From: an uncultured Chloroflexia bacterium
GTDB lineage: Bacteria; Chloroflexota; Limnocylindria; Limnocylindrales; CSP1-4
Length of the DNA: 64,000 bases
Reading direction: 5' to 3'
Assembly (NCBI GenBank): GCA_963766735.1
Contig: CAVYBU010000002.1
Coordinates: 224,001 to 288,000, forward strand
The notes under the pieces are model-generated. The model did not search any database. It was not told the DNA's origin and was given only the letters and a program-made list of their open reading frames with translations. Positions within the stretch are counted from its first letter, which is position 1. Each line of letters opens with the position of its first letter. Positions 41,437-52,085 of this stretch are shown here, piece by piece. A program made the translations under genes and the position numbers.

Positions 41437-42540
41437 ATGCAGATTGCCATCGTCGGTCTCGCCGGGTGCGGCAAGACAACCGTGTTCAACACGCTCACGC
41501 GCGGTCATGCCGAGACCGGCGGGTACGGCGGCCTCCAGCTCAACGTCGGGGTGGTGAAGGTTCCCGACCCGCGGCTCGAGAAGCTGGCCGCCGTCTTCAA
41601 GCCGAAGAAGATCGTGCATGCGGACGTCACCTACATCGACCTGCCTGCCCCGCCCGCGTCGACCGAGTTCCACGTCGGGACGGAGGAGCTGCCCGCCGAG
41701 CATCTCGCCCGCCTGCGCGACGCTGACGCGATGATCCACGTCGTCCGCGCATGGGACGATGCTGCGCACCCGCACTTCTCGGGATCCGTGGATCCGGCCC
41801 GTGACCTCGAGAGCCTGGACCTCGAGTTCATCCTCGCGGACCTCGCCATGATCGACCGCCGCCTCGGGCGCCTCAAGGACTCGGGCCGCCACGGCACCCC
41901 GGCGGAGCGCGAGGCGAACGAGCGGGAAGAGGTGATCCTGACGCGCCTCAAGCCAGCCCTCGAAGCCGGCCGCCCGATTCGCGACGAGGACATGGACGCC
42001 GACGAGGAGAAGGCGCTGCGTGGCTTCCGCTTCCTGACCCAGAAGCCCGTGCTGATCCTGCTCAACGTTGGCGAGGGGGACCTGGCGGAGGCGCCGGCGC
42101 TGGTCGAGAGCATCCGGAGCACGTATGACCACCGGCACGCGATGGTGGACGCCCTCTCCGCCAAGATCGAGATGGAGCTGGGCGAGCTTGAGACCGAAGA
42201 GGCGGCCGTGTTCATGGAAGAGCTGGGGCTCGCCGAGTCTGCCCTGGACCGGGTCATCGCCCTGTCCTACCGCCTGGTCGGCCTGATCAGCTTCCTGACC
42301 GCCGGCCCGGACGAGGTCCGCGCCTGGCCGGTTCCGGACGGCTCCAACGCCGTGGACGCGGCCGCAGCCATCCACACGGACCTCGCCCACGGGTTCATCC
42401 GCGCCGAGACGATCGGGTACGAGGAGCTGCTGGCGATGGGCTCGATCGCGGAGGCCAAGAAGCACGGCAAGGTGCGGTCGGAGGGCAAGACCTACCAGGT
42501 GCGCGACGGGGACGTCATCGAGATCCTGTTCAGCAGGTGA
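41437..42540 (+). CDS. ychF: Redox-regulated ATPase YchF (divergent G motifs)
   Basis: VKVPDPRL, HVVR, FLTQKP, SFLTAGPDEVRAW, IHTDLAHGFIRAE, EGKTYQVRDGD. Confidence 0.93.
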   Translation: MQIAIVGLAGCGKTTVFNTLTRGHAETGGYGGLQLNVGVVKVPDPRLEKLAAVFKPKKIVHADVTYIDLPAPPASTEFHVGTEELPAEHLARLRDADAMIHVVRAWDDAAHPHFSGSVDPARDLESLDLEFILADLAMIDRRLGRLKDSGRHGTPAEREANEREEVILTRLKPALEAGRPIRDEDMDADEEKALRGFRFLTQKPVLILLNVGEGDLAEAPALVESIRSTYDHRHAMVDALSAKIEMELGELETEEAAVFMEELGLAESALDRVIALSYRLVGLISFLTAGPDEVRAWPVPDGSNAVDAAAAIHTDLAHGFIRAETIGYEELLAMGSIAEAKKHGKVRSEGKTYQVRDGDVIEILFSR

Positions 42541-42597
42541 CCGCCACCGGGCAGACGGCGAGGCCGCCGCGGACGCCGGCGAGGTCGAGAGTCTCGA

Positions 42598-42942
42598 TCA
42601 GTTGAGGCGCGGGTCGCCAGGAGGGAGATCCGCCAGGATCGTCGCGTAGTCCACGCCCTCCTCCTCGGTGTCGAGGTCCGCGAGGAAGTTCTCCTCGTCC
42701 TCCTTGGACACGTTCACGGCCGCGGTGAGGCGGTCGTCGCTGATGGCGACGAACTCGTAGTCGCGCTCCAGTTCCTCTGCAATGGCTTCCACCAGCGTGT
42801 TGCTCACGTGGGTGTCCTGGACCCTGCGGCGGATCGACTGGACGAGGTCGAAGAAGTCCTCCGCGTCCATCTCCTCCTCGCGCGCAAGGAGCAGGTCGGC
42901 GAAGATGTCGTCGTCACCCTCGTGAAGCTCGTAGAAGTGCAT
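42598..42942 (-). CDS. Small highly acidic hypothetical protein
   Basis: 114 aa MHFYELHEGDDD..., GAGG RBS, TATACT upstream, host-like codon usage. Confidence 0.8.
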   Translation of the reverse strand: MHFYELHEGDDDIFADLLLAREEEMDAEDFFDLVQSIRRRVQDTHVSNTLVEAIAEELERDYEFVAISDDRLTAAVNVSKEDEENFLADLDTEEEGVDYATILADLPPGDPRLN

Positions 42943-43051
42943 GATGTGAACCTCGGTCGGGAGGCGGCCGAGAAGCAAGGGCCGCGGTGCCAGGCGCGTG
43001 CCGGGCACGGCCAGTATAGGCGGGCTCCTGAGGGGTCCCGGCGGAGGATGG

Positions 43052-43966
43052 ATGAACGAGACGCCCGCGGTCGTTGTGATCGGCTCCGCGTGCCGGGACC
43101 TGGTGGACGATGACGATCGCGGCTGGCGGCTGGGTGGCGGCGCCTCGTACTCCGCCTTCGCGCTGGCGCGGCTCGGCCTCAAGGTGGGTGCCCTGGTCGT
43201 CGCGGATCCGCTCGCCGCAGGCTCGCGCGAGATCCAGATGCTCAGGGACCACGGGGTCGAGGTCGAGATCGTGCCCGGGGCCAGCGGACCGATCTTCATC
43301 AACGTTGAGACACCCACGGGTCGAATCCAGCAGACACCGCAGGTTTCGGATCCCGTGGATCCGGCCGCGCTGCCCGCGGCATGGCGCAGGGCCCCCGCTT
43401 GGATGTTCGGTCCGGTTGCAGCCGAGGTGCCCGCCGCGTGGGCGGACGTGCCGCCAGCCGATGCCCTCGTGGCCCTCGGGTGGCAGGGGATGCTCCGGGT
43501 CCTGACGCCCGGTGGCGAGGTCCGTCACCTTCCCCCGAGCCCAAGTGCGGTCGTGCGCCGCGCGGACCTGATAGGCGTCGGGCGGGATGACATCGACGCA
43601 TCCATCGGGCCCGCCCAGCTCACCGCTCTCATGCACCCGGGTGCCACGCTGCTGTTCACCGACGGGGTCCACGGCGGGAACGCATACGAGGTGGGTGAGA
43701 ACGGCGGGGTTGCCGCGACGCGTCACTGGCACTCCATCCCCATCCGCGACTACGTGGACGCGGTCGGGGCAGGGGACACCTTCCTGTCGGGCGTCTTCGC
43801 GGCGCTGGTGGACCCGAGCCTGACCTCGGCCTGGACCGGCCCGGATCCCGAGCTGCGCCTGGGTGCCGCCTGCGGGTCCCTGGTCCTCGAGGGTCCCGGC
43901 CTGTTCGGGATCCCGGATCACGACACCGCGCTGCGCCGGATGTTCGGGGGCGACAACCCGGACTGA
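43052..43966 (+). CDS. PfkB/ribokinase family carbohydrate kinase
   Basis: GGGASY and DAVGAGDTF signatures. Confidence 0.9.
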   Translation: MNETPAVVVIGSACRDLVDDDDRGWRLGGGASYSAFALARLGLKVGALVVADPLAAGSREIQMLRDHGVEVEIVPGASGPIFINVETPTGRIQQTPQVSDPVDPAALPAAWRRAPAWMFGPVAAEVPAAWADVPPADALVALGWQGMLRVLTPGGEVRHLPPSPSAVVRRADLIGVGRDDIDASIGPAQLTALMHPGATLLFTDGVHGGNAYEVGENGGVAATRHWHSIPIRDYVDAVGAGDTFLSGVFAALVDPSLTSAWTGPDPELRLGAACGSLVLEGPGLFGIPDHDTALRRMFGGDNPD

Positions 43967-43967
43967 C

Positions 43968-45455
43968 CTACGCGTTGCTCTCGCGCGCGGCTGATGCGTC
44001 GCGCCGGATTCGCGCTGCCAGGCGGGCCCCCCGGCGCAGGAGATCCGCCTCCACCCGAGGGTAGGGTCGCCCCGTCGCCCGCGAGCGCTCGAGCAGCCGC
44101 CTTGCCGCCCGAGTCGCCGCCAGCGCGCCCGACGCGTCCCCCAGGCGATGCTCGCGCAACTTCGCCACCTCGATCCACGCGATCGCGCCCAGGCCGCCAC
44201 CCGCCGCGGCTGCCGTCTGCCATGCCTCCGCGGCCTCCGCCCAGCGGCCGAGCCGGCGCAGGACGCGGGCGCGCTCTGCGACAAGCCGTTCGTCGGTCCA
44301 GCGGGCACCCGCGTCCCAGGACGTCGCCGCCGCGACCGGCCCGAGCGGCCCCCCGCGCCCGTTGGCGAGGTCCCCGCGCCAGCCCGCGCGGGGTGGCCTG
44401 CCACCGAAATCGGGTCGCGTCCGCGGTGTCCACCAGGCGTCCCGTTCCGCCTCCATGGCCTCCCTGGCCGTCGCAGGTGCGACCGGCGACCGTCCGAACG
44501 GGTCCCGGGCCTCCCCCGGCGCCGCCAGCGCATCATCGAGGCACTCGAGGGCCTCGTCGTGGCGGCGCTCCCGTCCGTACGCCCGCGCCAGCCCGGCCAG
44601 GTCCCCGCGCGGAGCGTCGCGGCGCGAGGAGCGCTCCGCATATCGCCGATCCACGTGCGAGAGGAGCAAGCCGAGCGAGCGAACGTCCTTCTCGTTGTGG
44701 ATGACGACGCCCGCAAGCGCGTCCACGGGCCCGCCTCGGAGGACGTCCAGGTAGATCCCGGGTATCTCCCAGCCCGCCACGTCCCCGATCCGCGAGACGT
44801 CCAGCAGCTGGTTCTCGACGGTCTGAAGGCGCGCGTCCTCCATGCGATGCCTGAAGACCCGGCGGACGAACGGCAGCAGGTCCAGGTGGCCGGCATGCGC
44901 GGGCGCGGCTCGTCCGGCCAGCCGGAACCTGGCCTCGATCAGGGGCCAGTCGAAGCCTCGCCCGTTGTAGCTCACGAGCCACGCGTCCGGCGTGACCCAG
45001 GTTTCGATCTCCGCGAGCAGCGCGGGCTCGTCCGCGTGGTCCGGGAGGAGCAGCTGCGTCTGGCGGAAGTCCGTGCCGTCCCAGCGTGCGAGCCCGACGA
45101 GGAACGCCAGCGTGCCGGCCGCCGTGGCGAGGCCCGTCGTCTCCGTATCCAGGCAGACAAGCGGCACGTCCGACGGTGGGTGGCCGGGGAGCTTCGCGAG
45201 TCGCTCCCGGTCCAGCGGCATCGCCACGGGGGCCAGGACGCGTCGCACCAGCCAGCCGCCCGGCGTGTCCAGGGCTTCGGCCCCCAGCGCCGCGGCGAGC
45301 CGCACGGCGAGCGTCCCGTCCCGGCGGCCCGAGAACGGCGCCCTGGAGGGCAGCTGATCCGGTCCCGCGGCAGGCCCCCCGGCCCGGGCGATGGATGCCC
45401 GCAGGTTGGCCAGCCGGCGCTCCCGCGTGACGGCGGCGAGCGGCTCCGCGGTCAT
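43968..45455 (-). CDS. YprB/MrfB-like RNase H-fold exonuclease with helical (TPR-like) C-terminus
   Basis: LDTETTGL, SYNGRGFDWP, HLDLL, HNEKDV; ATGA overlap with the upstream helicase. Confidence 0.9.
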   Translation of the reverse strand: MTAEPLAAVTRERRLANLRASIARAGGPAAGPDQLPSRAPFSGRRDGTLAVRLAAALGAEALDTPGGWLVRRVLAPVAMPLDRERLAKLPGHPPSDVPLVCLDTETTGLATAAGTLAFLVGLARWDGTDFRQTQLLLPDHADEPALLAEIETWVTPDAWLVSYNGRGFDWPLIEARFRLAGRAAPAHAGHLDLLPFVRRVFRHRMEDARLQTVENQLLDVSRIGDVAGWEIPGIYLDVLRGGPVDALAGVVIHNEKDVRSLGLLLSHVDRRYAERSSRRDAPRGDLAGLARAYGRERRHDEALECLDDALAAPGEARDPFGRSPVAPATAREAMEAERDAWWTPRTRPDFGGRPPRAGWRGDLANGRGGPLGPVAAATSWDAGARWTDERLVAERARVLRRLGRWAEAAEAWQTAAAAGGGLGAIAWIEVAKLREHRLGDASGALAATRAARRLLERSRATGRPYPRVEADLLRRGARLAARIRRDASAARESNA

Positions 45456-47758
45456 GCGACCGCCGCCCGGTCGCGTGCCCCGGCCCCCAGGGCGGCCAGC
45501 AGCCGAAGGGCGAGCGACTTGCCGTCCACGTCGGGCTCCAGGCGCGGACCGGTGCAGGCCGGGCATCCGGCGTCGCACGGGCAGTCCCGGATGAGGTCGA
45601 CCGCGCCGGCGACCAGCTCGTCGTGACGGGCGAACAGCCGCTCCGACAGCCCCACGCCGCCCGGCATCGCCTCGTAGAGGTAGATGGTGGGTGCCTCGTG
45701 GTGGGGCGAGCGGACCTGGGACACGAGCCCGAGGTCCCGTGGGTCCACCATCAGGAGCACGGCGGACACCGCCTGGATTGCCCGGCCGGCCCCGATCAGC
45801 GCCACGTCCAGCTCGTCCCGGCGCCACCCGGTTGCCGCGCCCTCCGCGGTCAGCCAGTACGCGGTGGTCTGGAGCTCGATCTCCGGCAGGTCGATGGGCC
45901 CCCAGCCCACGTTCTCGTCCGTCCCGAACTTGAGCTTCTTGTAGAGCGTCACGAGGCTCGCGACCATGACCTCGCCATGGACGCGGGTCCCACCGGTGGC
46001 AGGCGCCGTGGCGAAGACGTCGAGCGGCTTGAGCGTCACCGCGCGGTTGGCATAGGTGTAGTGGTCCGCGTCGATCCGGTGGACGTACGCCTTCCGTTCG
46101 CCCCACTCCAGCCGGTCAACGTGGTACTGCGTGGAATCGTGCATGTAGATGGCGTGCTCGTGGACCAGGACCTGGGCGCTGAACAGGTCCACCTCGCCCA
46201 GGACGCGTGGCCGGTCCGGTGAGGTGTCGATGATCACGACGTTCTCGGGTGCCGCGGAGCGGAGCGACACCTCCGACGCCGGGAAGTTCTCCGAGCTCCA
46301 GTACCACCTCCCGTCCTCCGCCTGGCGGACCTGGCCACCCTCGCCCAGGAACGCGAGCAGGTCGTCCGCAGGCCCCGGCCCGAACCACTCAAGGGGCTCG
46401 AACGGCAGCTCGAACGTGGCGGCGCGGATGTGCGCAAGCAGCACGTGGAGGTTGTCCGGGTCCAGGCGGGCCTCCTCGGGGCGCCCGCCCAGCACGAACT
46501 CCGGGTGGTGGATGACGTACTGGTCCACCGGCGCCGGCGAGGCCACGAGCACCGCGACGCTGACGTCCCCGCGCCGGCCCGCCCTGCCCATCTGCTGCCA
46601 GGTCCCGGCGATCGAACCCGGATAGCCGGCCAGGATGGCCACGTCGAGCCGCCCGATGTCCACCCCCAGCTCCAGCGCGTTCGTGCTGACGACGCACAGC
46701 ACCTCTCCGTCCCGCAGGCCTCGCTCGATGGCGCGGCGCTCCGTGGGCAGGTAGCCGCCCCGATAGCCGCGCACCCGGTTCCGCGGGCCCAGGTCCTGGC
46801 GCAGCCGTTCGCGCAGGTTGCTGAGCATGATCTCGACCGCCACCCGGGACTTCCCGAAGACGACGGTCTGGCGGCCCGCGCGCAGGAATGGCAGCGCCCA
46901 GCGCTCCGCCAGGGTGAGAGCGGAGCCGCGAGCCCCGGTGGAGCCGTCGATCACCGGTGGGTCCACCAGGAGCAGGTGCTTCTCGCCCGACGGGGCGCCG
47001 TTGCGATCCACCAGCCGGGACGGCCGCCCCGTGAGCGTCTCCGCCAGCTCCGCCGGGTTCCCGATCGTTGCCGAGCAGCACACGATGACGGGATGGCTGC
47101 CGTAGTGCGCGCACAGCCGCAGCAGCCTGCGCAGCACGTTCGCCACGTGGCTGCCGAAGACACCGCGGTACGTGTGCAGCTCGTCGATGACGATCACCTG
47201 GAGCTGCTCGAACAGCTGGAACCACTTGGTGTGGTGGGGGAGGATGGCCGAGTGGAGCATGTCCGGGTTGGTCACCACCACCTGCCCGGCCTTGCGGATT
47301 GCCGAGCGGATTGGCGCCGGCGTGTCCCCGTCGTAGCACGCCGACGAGATCTCCAGCTCGGCGTCCCTGACCAGCTCCGAGAACTCGGCCACCTGGTCCT
47401 GGCCGAGCGCCTTGGTGGGGAAGAGGAACAGTGCCCGCGCGGACGGATCCTCGGCCAGGGCCTGCAGCACCGGCACCGTGTAGCAGAGCGACTTGCCGGA
47501 CGCGGTGGGCGTGACCACGACGACGTCCTCGCCTGCGTGAACCGCCTCGATCGCGTCCGCCTGGTGCGTATACGGTCGCTCGATACCGCGCCTGGCCAGC
47601 CCGTTGCGGATCCGTGGGTCCAGCCATTCCGGCCAGTCCGCGTGGACCGCCTCCCGGGCAGGTCGGACCTCGTGGTGGACCACGCCACGGGCGAGCGAGG
47701 GCTCCTCCAGCAGGCGCTGGAGGACGGCCAGGGTCGGGGCGGGGGCGTAGGTGCGCAT
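45452..47758 (-). CDS. DEAD/DEAH helicase with DUF1998 (YprA/MrfA/Hrq1 family)
   Basis: TPTASGKS, PTKAL, DELH, SATIGNP, ALELGVDIG, QQMGRAGR, C-terminal CPCDAGCPAC. Confidence 0.95.
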   Translation of the reverse strand: MRTYAPAPTLAVLQRLLEEPSLARGVVHHEVRPAREAVHADWPEWLDPRIRNGLARRGIERPYTHQADAIEAVHAGEDVVVVTPTASGKSLCYTVPVLQALAEDPSARALFLFPTKALGQDQVAEFSELVRDAELEISSACYDGDTPAPIRSAIRKAGQVVVTNPDMLHSAILPHHTKWFQLFEQLQVIVIDELHTYRGVFGSHVANVLRRLLRLCAHYGSHPVIVCCSATIGNPAELAETLTGRPSRLVDRNGAPSGEKHLLLVDPPVIDGSTGARGSALTLAERWALPFLRAGRQTVVFGKSRVAVEIMLSNLRERLRQDLGPRNRVRGYRGGYLPTERRAIERGLRDGEVLCVVSTNALELGVDIGRLDVAILAGYPGSIAGTWQQMGRAGRRGDVSVAVLVASPAPVDQYVIHHPEFVLGGRPEEARLDPDNLHVLLAHIRAATFELPFEPLEWFGPGPADDLLAFLGEGGQVRQAEDGRWYWSSENFPASEVSLRSAAPENVVIIDTSPDRPRVLGEVDLFSAQVLVHEHAIYMHDSTQYHVDRLEWGERKAYVHRIDADHYTYANRAVTLKPLDVFATAPATGGTRVHGEVMVASLVTLYKKLKFGTDENVGWGPIDLPEIELQTTAYWLTAEGAATGWRRDELDVALIGAGRAIQAVSAVLLMVDPRDLGLVSQVRSPHHEAPTIYLYEAMPGGVGLSERLFARHDELVAGAVDLIRDCPCDAGCPACTGPRLEPDVDGKSLALRLLAALGAGARDRAAVA

Positions 47759-47903
47759 GCCGGGCTCCCGGGGTGTCAAACAGAACGGATGAGCGATATC
47801 AGCCGAAGCATACGACACGCTGCGACATGGCTGTGACAGGTTGCGTGTCACGTCCCGTGCGTGGGCGCTCGACCCGGGACGGGCGGAGAGCGCACGAAAC
47901 GAG

Positions 47904-47932
47904 TTGACAGCCGAATCGGGCGCAGCTACCCT
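47904..47932 (+). promoter_or_regulatory. Sigma70-type promoter of the leaderless ftsB-like gene
   Basis: TTGACA-17 nt-TACCCT, ATG 7 nt downstream. Confidence 0.75.
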
Positions 47933-47939
47933 CGGTCCG

Positions 47940-48497
47940 ATGCCGCGATCCGCCAGCCACCCAGGCTCCGAGCCCCCGCTCGATACGCCCGCCCGGCGCG
48001 TGCCGGAACCGGGTACGGCCACACCCACGCCGGCCGCAACCGCATCGTTGGGCAGCCTGTCGGATCTGCCCGTCGCCGGTCTCACGCGTCGGCGGATCGC
48101 GCTCCTGATCGGCTCCCTCGTCGCCGCCTGGGTGATCATCCTGTTCGCCCGCCAGGTCGGCGAAGCCAGCGATGCGACCTCCCGGGCCGTGGACATGCGC
48201 ACCGCGAACGTCGTGCTCGCGGCCGAGGTGGCCGCACTCGAGGACGAGCTGACGCTGATCCAGCGCCGCGCCTACATCGAGCAGCAGGCGCGCGGGTACA
48301 GGCTCGGCAAGCCGCGCGAGATCCCGTTCGCGCTCGCCGACGATGCGCCGGCCCTGGCTGCCGATGCCCCCGGCACGGCCGCGGCCCGCCTCGGCACCGT
48401 CGTGGACCGGGCAGGCCCGCTCGAGGCCTGGCTCCAGATGCTGTTCGGTCCGGGCGGCAATCCGGCAGCTACCCCAGGGCCCGCCGCCGGCGGCTGA
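47940..48497 (+). CDS. Septum formation initiator (FtsB/DivIC family)
   Basis: Single TM, coiled coil, YIEQQARGYRLGKPREI motif. Confidence 0.8.
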   Translation: MPRSASHPGSEPPLDTPARRVPEPGTATPTPAATASLGSLSDLPVAGLTRRRIALLIGSLVAAWVIILFARQVGEASDATSRAVDMRTANVVLAAEVAALEDELTLIQRRAYIEQQARGYRLGKPREIPFALADDAPALAADAPGTAAARLGTVVDRAGPLEAWLQMLFGPGGNPAATPGPAAGG

Positions 48498-48518
48498 CGC
48501 TCGCCGGGGAGGCGATCG

Positions 48519-49558
48519 TCAACGGACCCTCGAGGCGACCCGCGCCGCCAGCGCGCAGGTGGCGGCTGACGTGAGCTCACCGTCCTCGTTCGTCCCCAAC
48601 CCCGAGCTGGTGATGGTCGGATCGATGAGGCTCACGTAGACGAGGGTGTCACCGCGCCGCACAAGCACGCCGTAGGACCCGGCCTCCGATCGGGCCGTGC
48701 AGAACGCCTCATCGCCCTCCGGCGCGTCGCCGGCGTAGTAGCCGCCGGACCGGGCGGTGTCCAGCGCTGAGCGGTAGTCGCGCGACGCGTCGCCCCCCAC
48801 CTGCCGCGCGATGCGCCCGGTGGTCGAGCTCTCGGCGACGATCCAGCAGTCCTCGGCGTCGGGGAGGGCCCGTTTGTCGAGCAGCCTGCCGACGGTCGCA
48901 TCCACGACCCCGCCCAGGGGGAATGCCTCGGCGGCGTCATCCAGCGCGTTGGACAACTGGTCCGAGGAGATCAGCGTGCACTCGGCCATGGTGCCGTCCG
49001 GTCCGAGGCCCATGTCCTCGGCGAACCGCTGGCCTACGACCATCAGCGCGACCGCGCCGAGAATGATGAGCACCACACCGATCGCGGCCACGATCAGGCA
49101 GCCCTTGACGCATCCACTGCCGCTGGAGGGCGCGGGCGCAGGCGCCCAACCGACGGGCGGGCCTCCCGGGGCGCCGGGACCGCTGGGTCCCCAACCCTGT
49201 GCCGGCTGGGGCGGCGCACCCCAGCCGCCGGGCGGCTGCTGCTGGGCGGGACCGCCCCAGCTGGGGACCTGCTGGGGCGGCTGCTGCGAGGCGGGCGCAC
49301 CCCAGCCGCCGGGCGGCTGCGGCGGTTGGGCTCCCCAGGATGGCTGCTGCGAGGCAGGATCCGGAACGCCCCACGGCGCGTCGGGGACCGGTTCGACGAC
49401 CGGCGGCTCGGCCCCAGCCGGCACGCCACCTCCGGCAACGCCACCTCCGGCGGGGTGGCCTCGGGCGGCCAGGGTGCCGTGGCCTCTTCGGCGTCGGGTT
49501 CCGGCCTGGACTGGCCCCAGCCGGGGACAGGATCCCCGCCCGGCGTCGCATCGGACAT
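48519..49558 (-). CDS. Pro/Gly/Trp-rich single-pass membrane protein; apparent 1-nt frameshift near 49423
   Basis: MSDATPGG... frame joins the PAGAEPP frame; PPGGWGAP repeats, GCVKGCLIV TM, Cys-containing exported domain. Confidence 0.75.
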
Positions 49559-49702
49559 CGATCGATCCCCTGTACGGTCGTGCTGGCTGCCCGCATTGTC
49601 CGACTTTGAGAGCGGTTGCTCACCGCCGATCCGCGTCGCGCAGGGGCGCGATCAACGGCTCTGGCATGTCGGCGAGCATGGCGCTAGAATCCGGGCGGCC
49701 AC

Positions 49703-49777
49703 GGCGGAGTAGCTCAGTGGTAGAGCAGGGGACTCATAAGCCCTTGGTCGGTGGTTCAAATCCGCCCTCCGCTACCA
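49703..49777 (+). tRNA. tRNA-Met (CAT), probably elongator
   Basis: GGCGGAG/CTCCGCT acceptor, AGCTCAGTGGTAGAGC D arm, CTCATAA anticodon loop, TTCAAAT T loop, encoded CCA; no C1 mismatch; G4-C69 argues against Ile2. Confidence 0.95.
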
Positions 49778-49789
49778 ATCGATATCAAC

Positions 49790-49816
49790 ACGCCCGGGCT
49801 CCATGGCCCGGGCGTT
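49790..49816 (+). terminator. Hairpin after tRNA-Met
   Basis: ACGCCCGGGC-tccatg-GCCCGGGCGT; weak U tail. Confidence 0.6.
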
Positions 49817-50030
49817 CGACTATCCGCCGCGGTCGAATGCCGTCCGGGTCCGGATCGTGGCGAAACCTGAACCTCGATGCAATCGGGGATGCATCACCCG
49901 GACGGGCGTGTCGGCCGCACAACTGGTAGGGTCGGCAGCAGGCCCGCTTCGGCGGCCGTCGGGAACCCCGGCGGTATACTCGCCCGAATACCGGTCCCCA
50001 CCGGACTTGTCCCCCTCGGAGGCGCTCCGT

Positions 50031-51971
<1,941 letters not shown>

Positions 51972-52010
51972 CCGGTCCCGGCACACGCCGGACACCACAC
52001 GACCATCGAA

Positions 52011-52038
52011 GAGGGGCGGACCCGCCGGTCCGCCCCTC
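52011..52038 (+). terminator. Hairpin after ftsH
   Basis: GAGGGGCGGACC-cgcc-GGTCCGCCCCTC (12-bp stem); no U tract. Confidence 0.6.
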
Positions 52039-52085
52039 GTGCCGTCCGCTACGATCGTTCTGCCCCCCGAAGCCACGGAGATCCG

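Noticed and set aside
49703-50030. tRNA as integration site of an island or prophage
   Set aside because: No integrase, no duplicated tRNA 3' end that I could see, and flanking genes are housekeeping.
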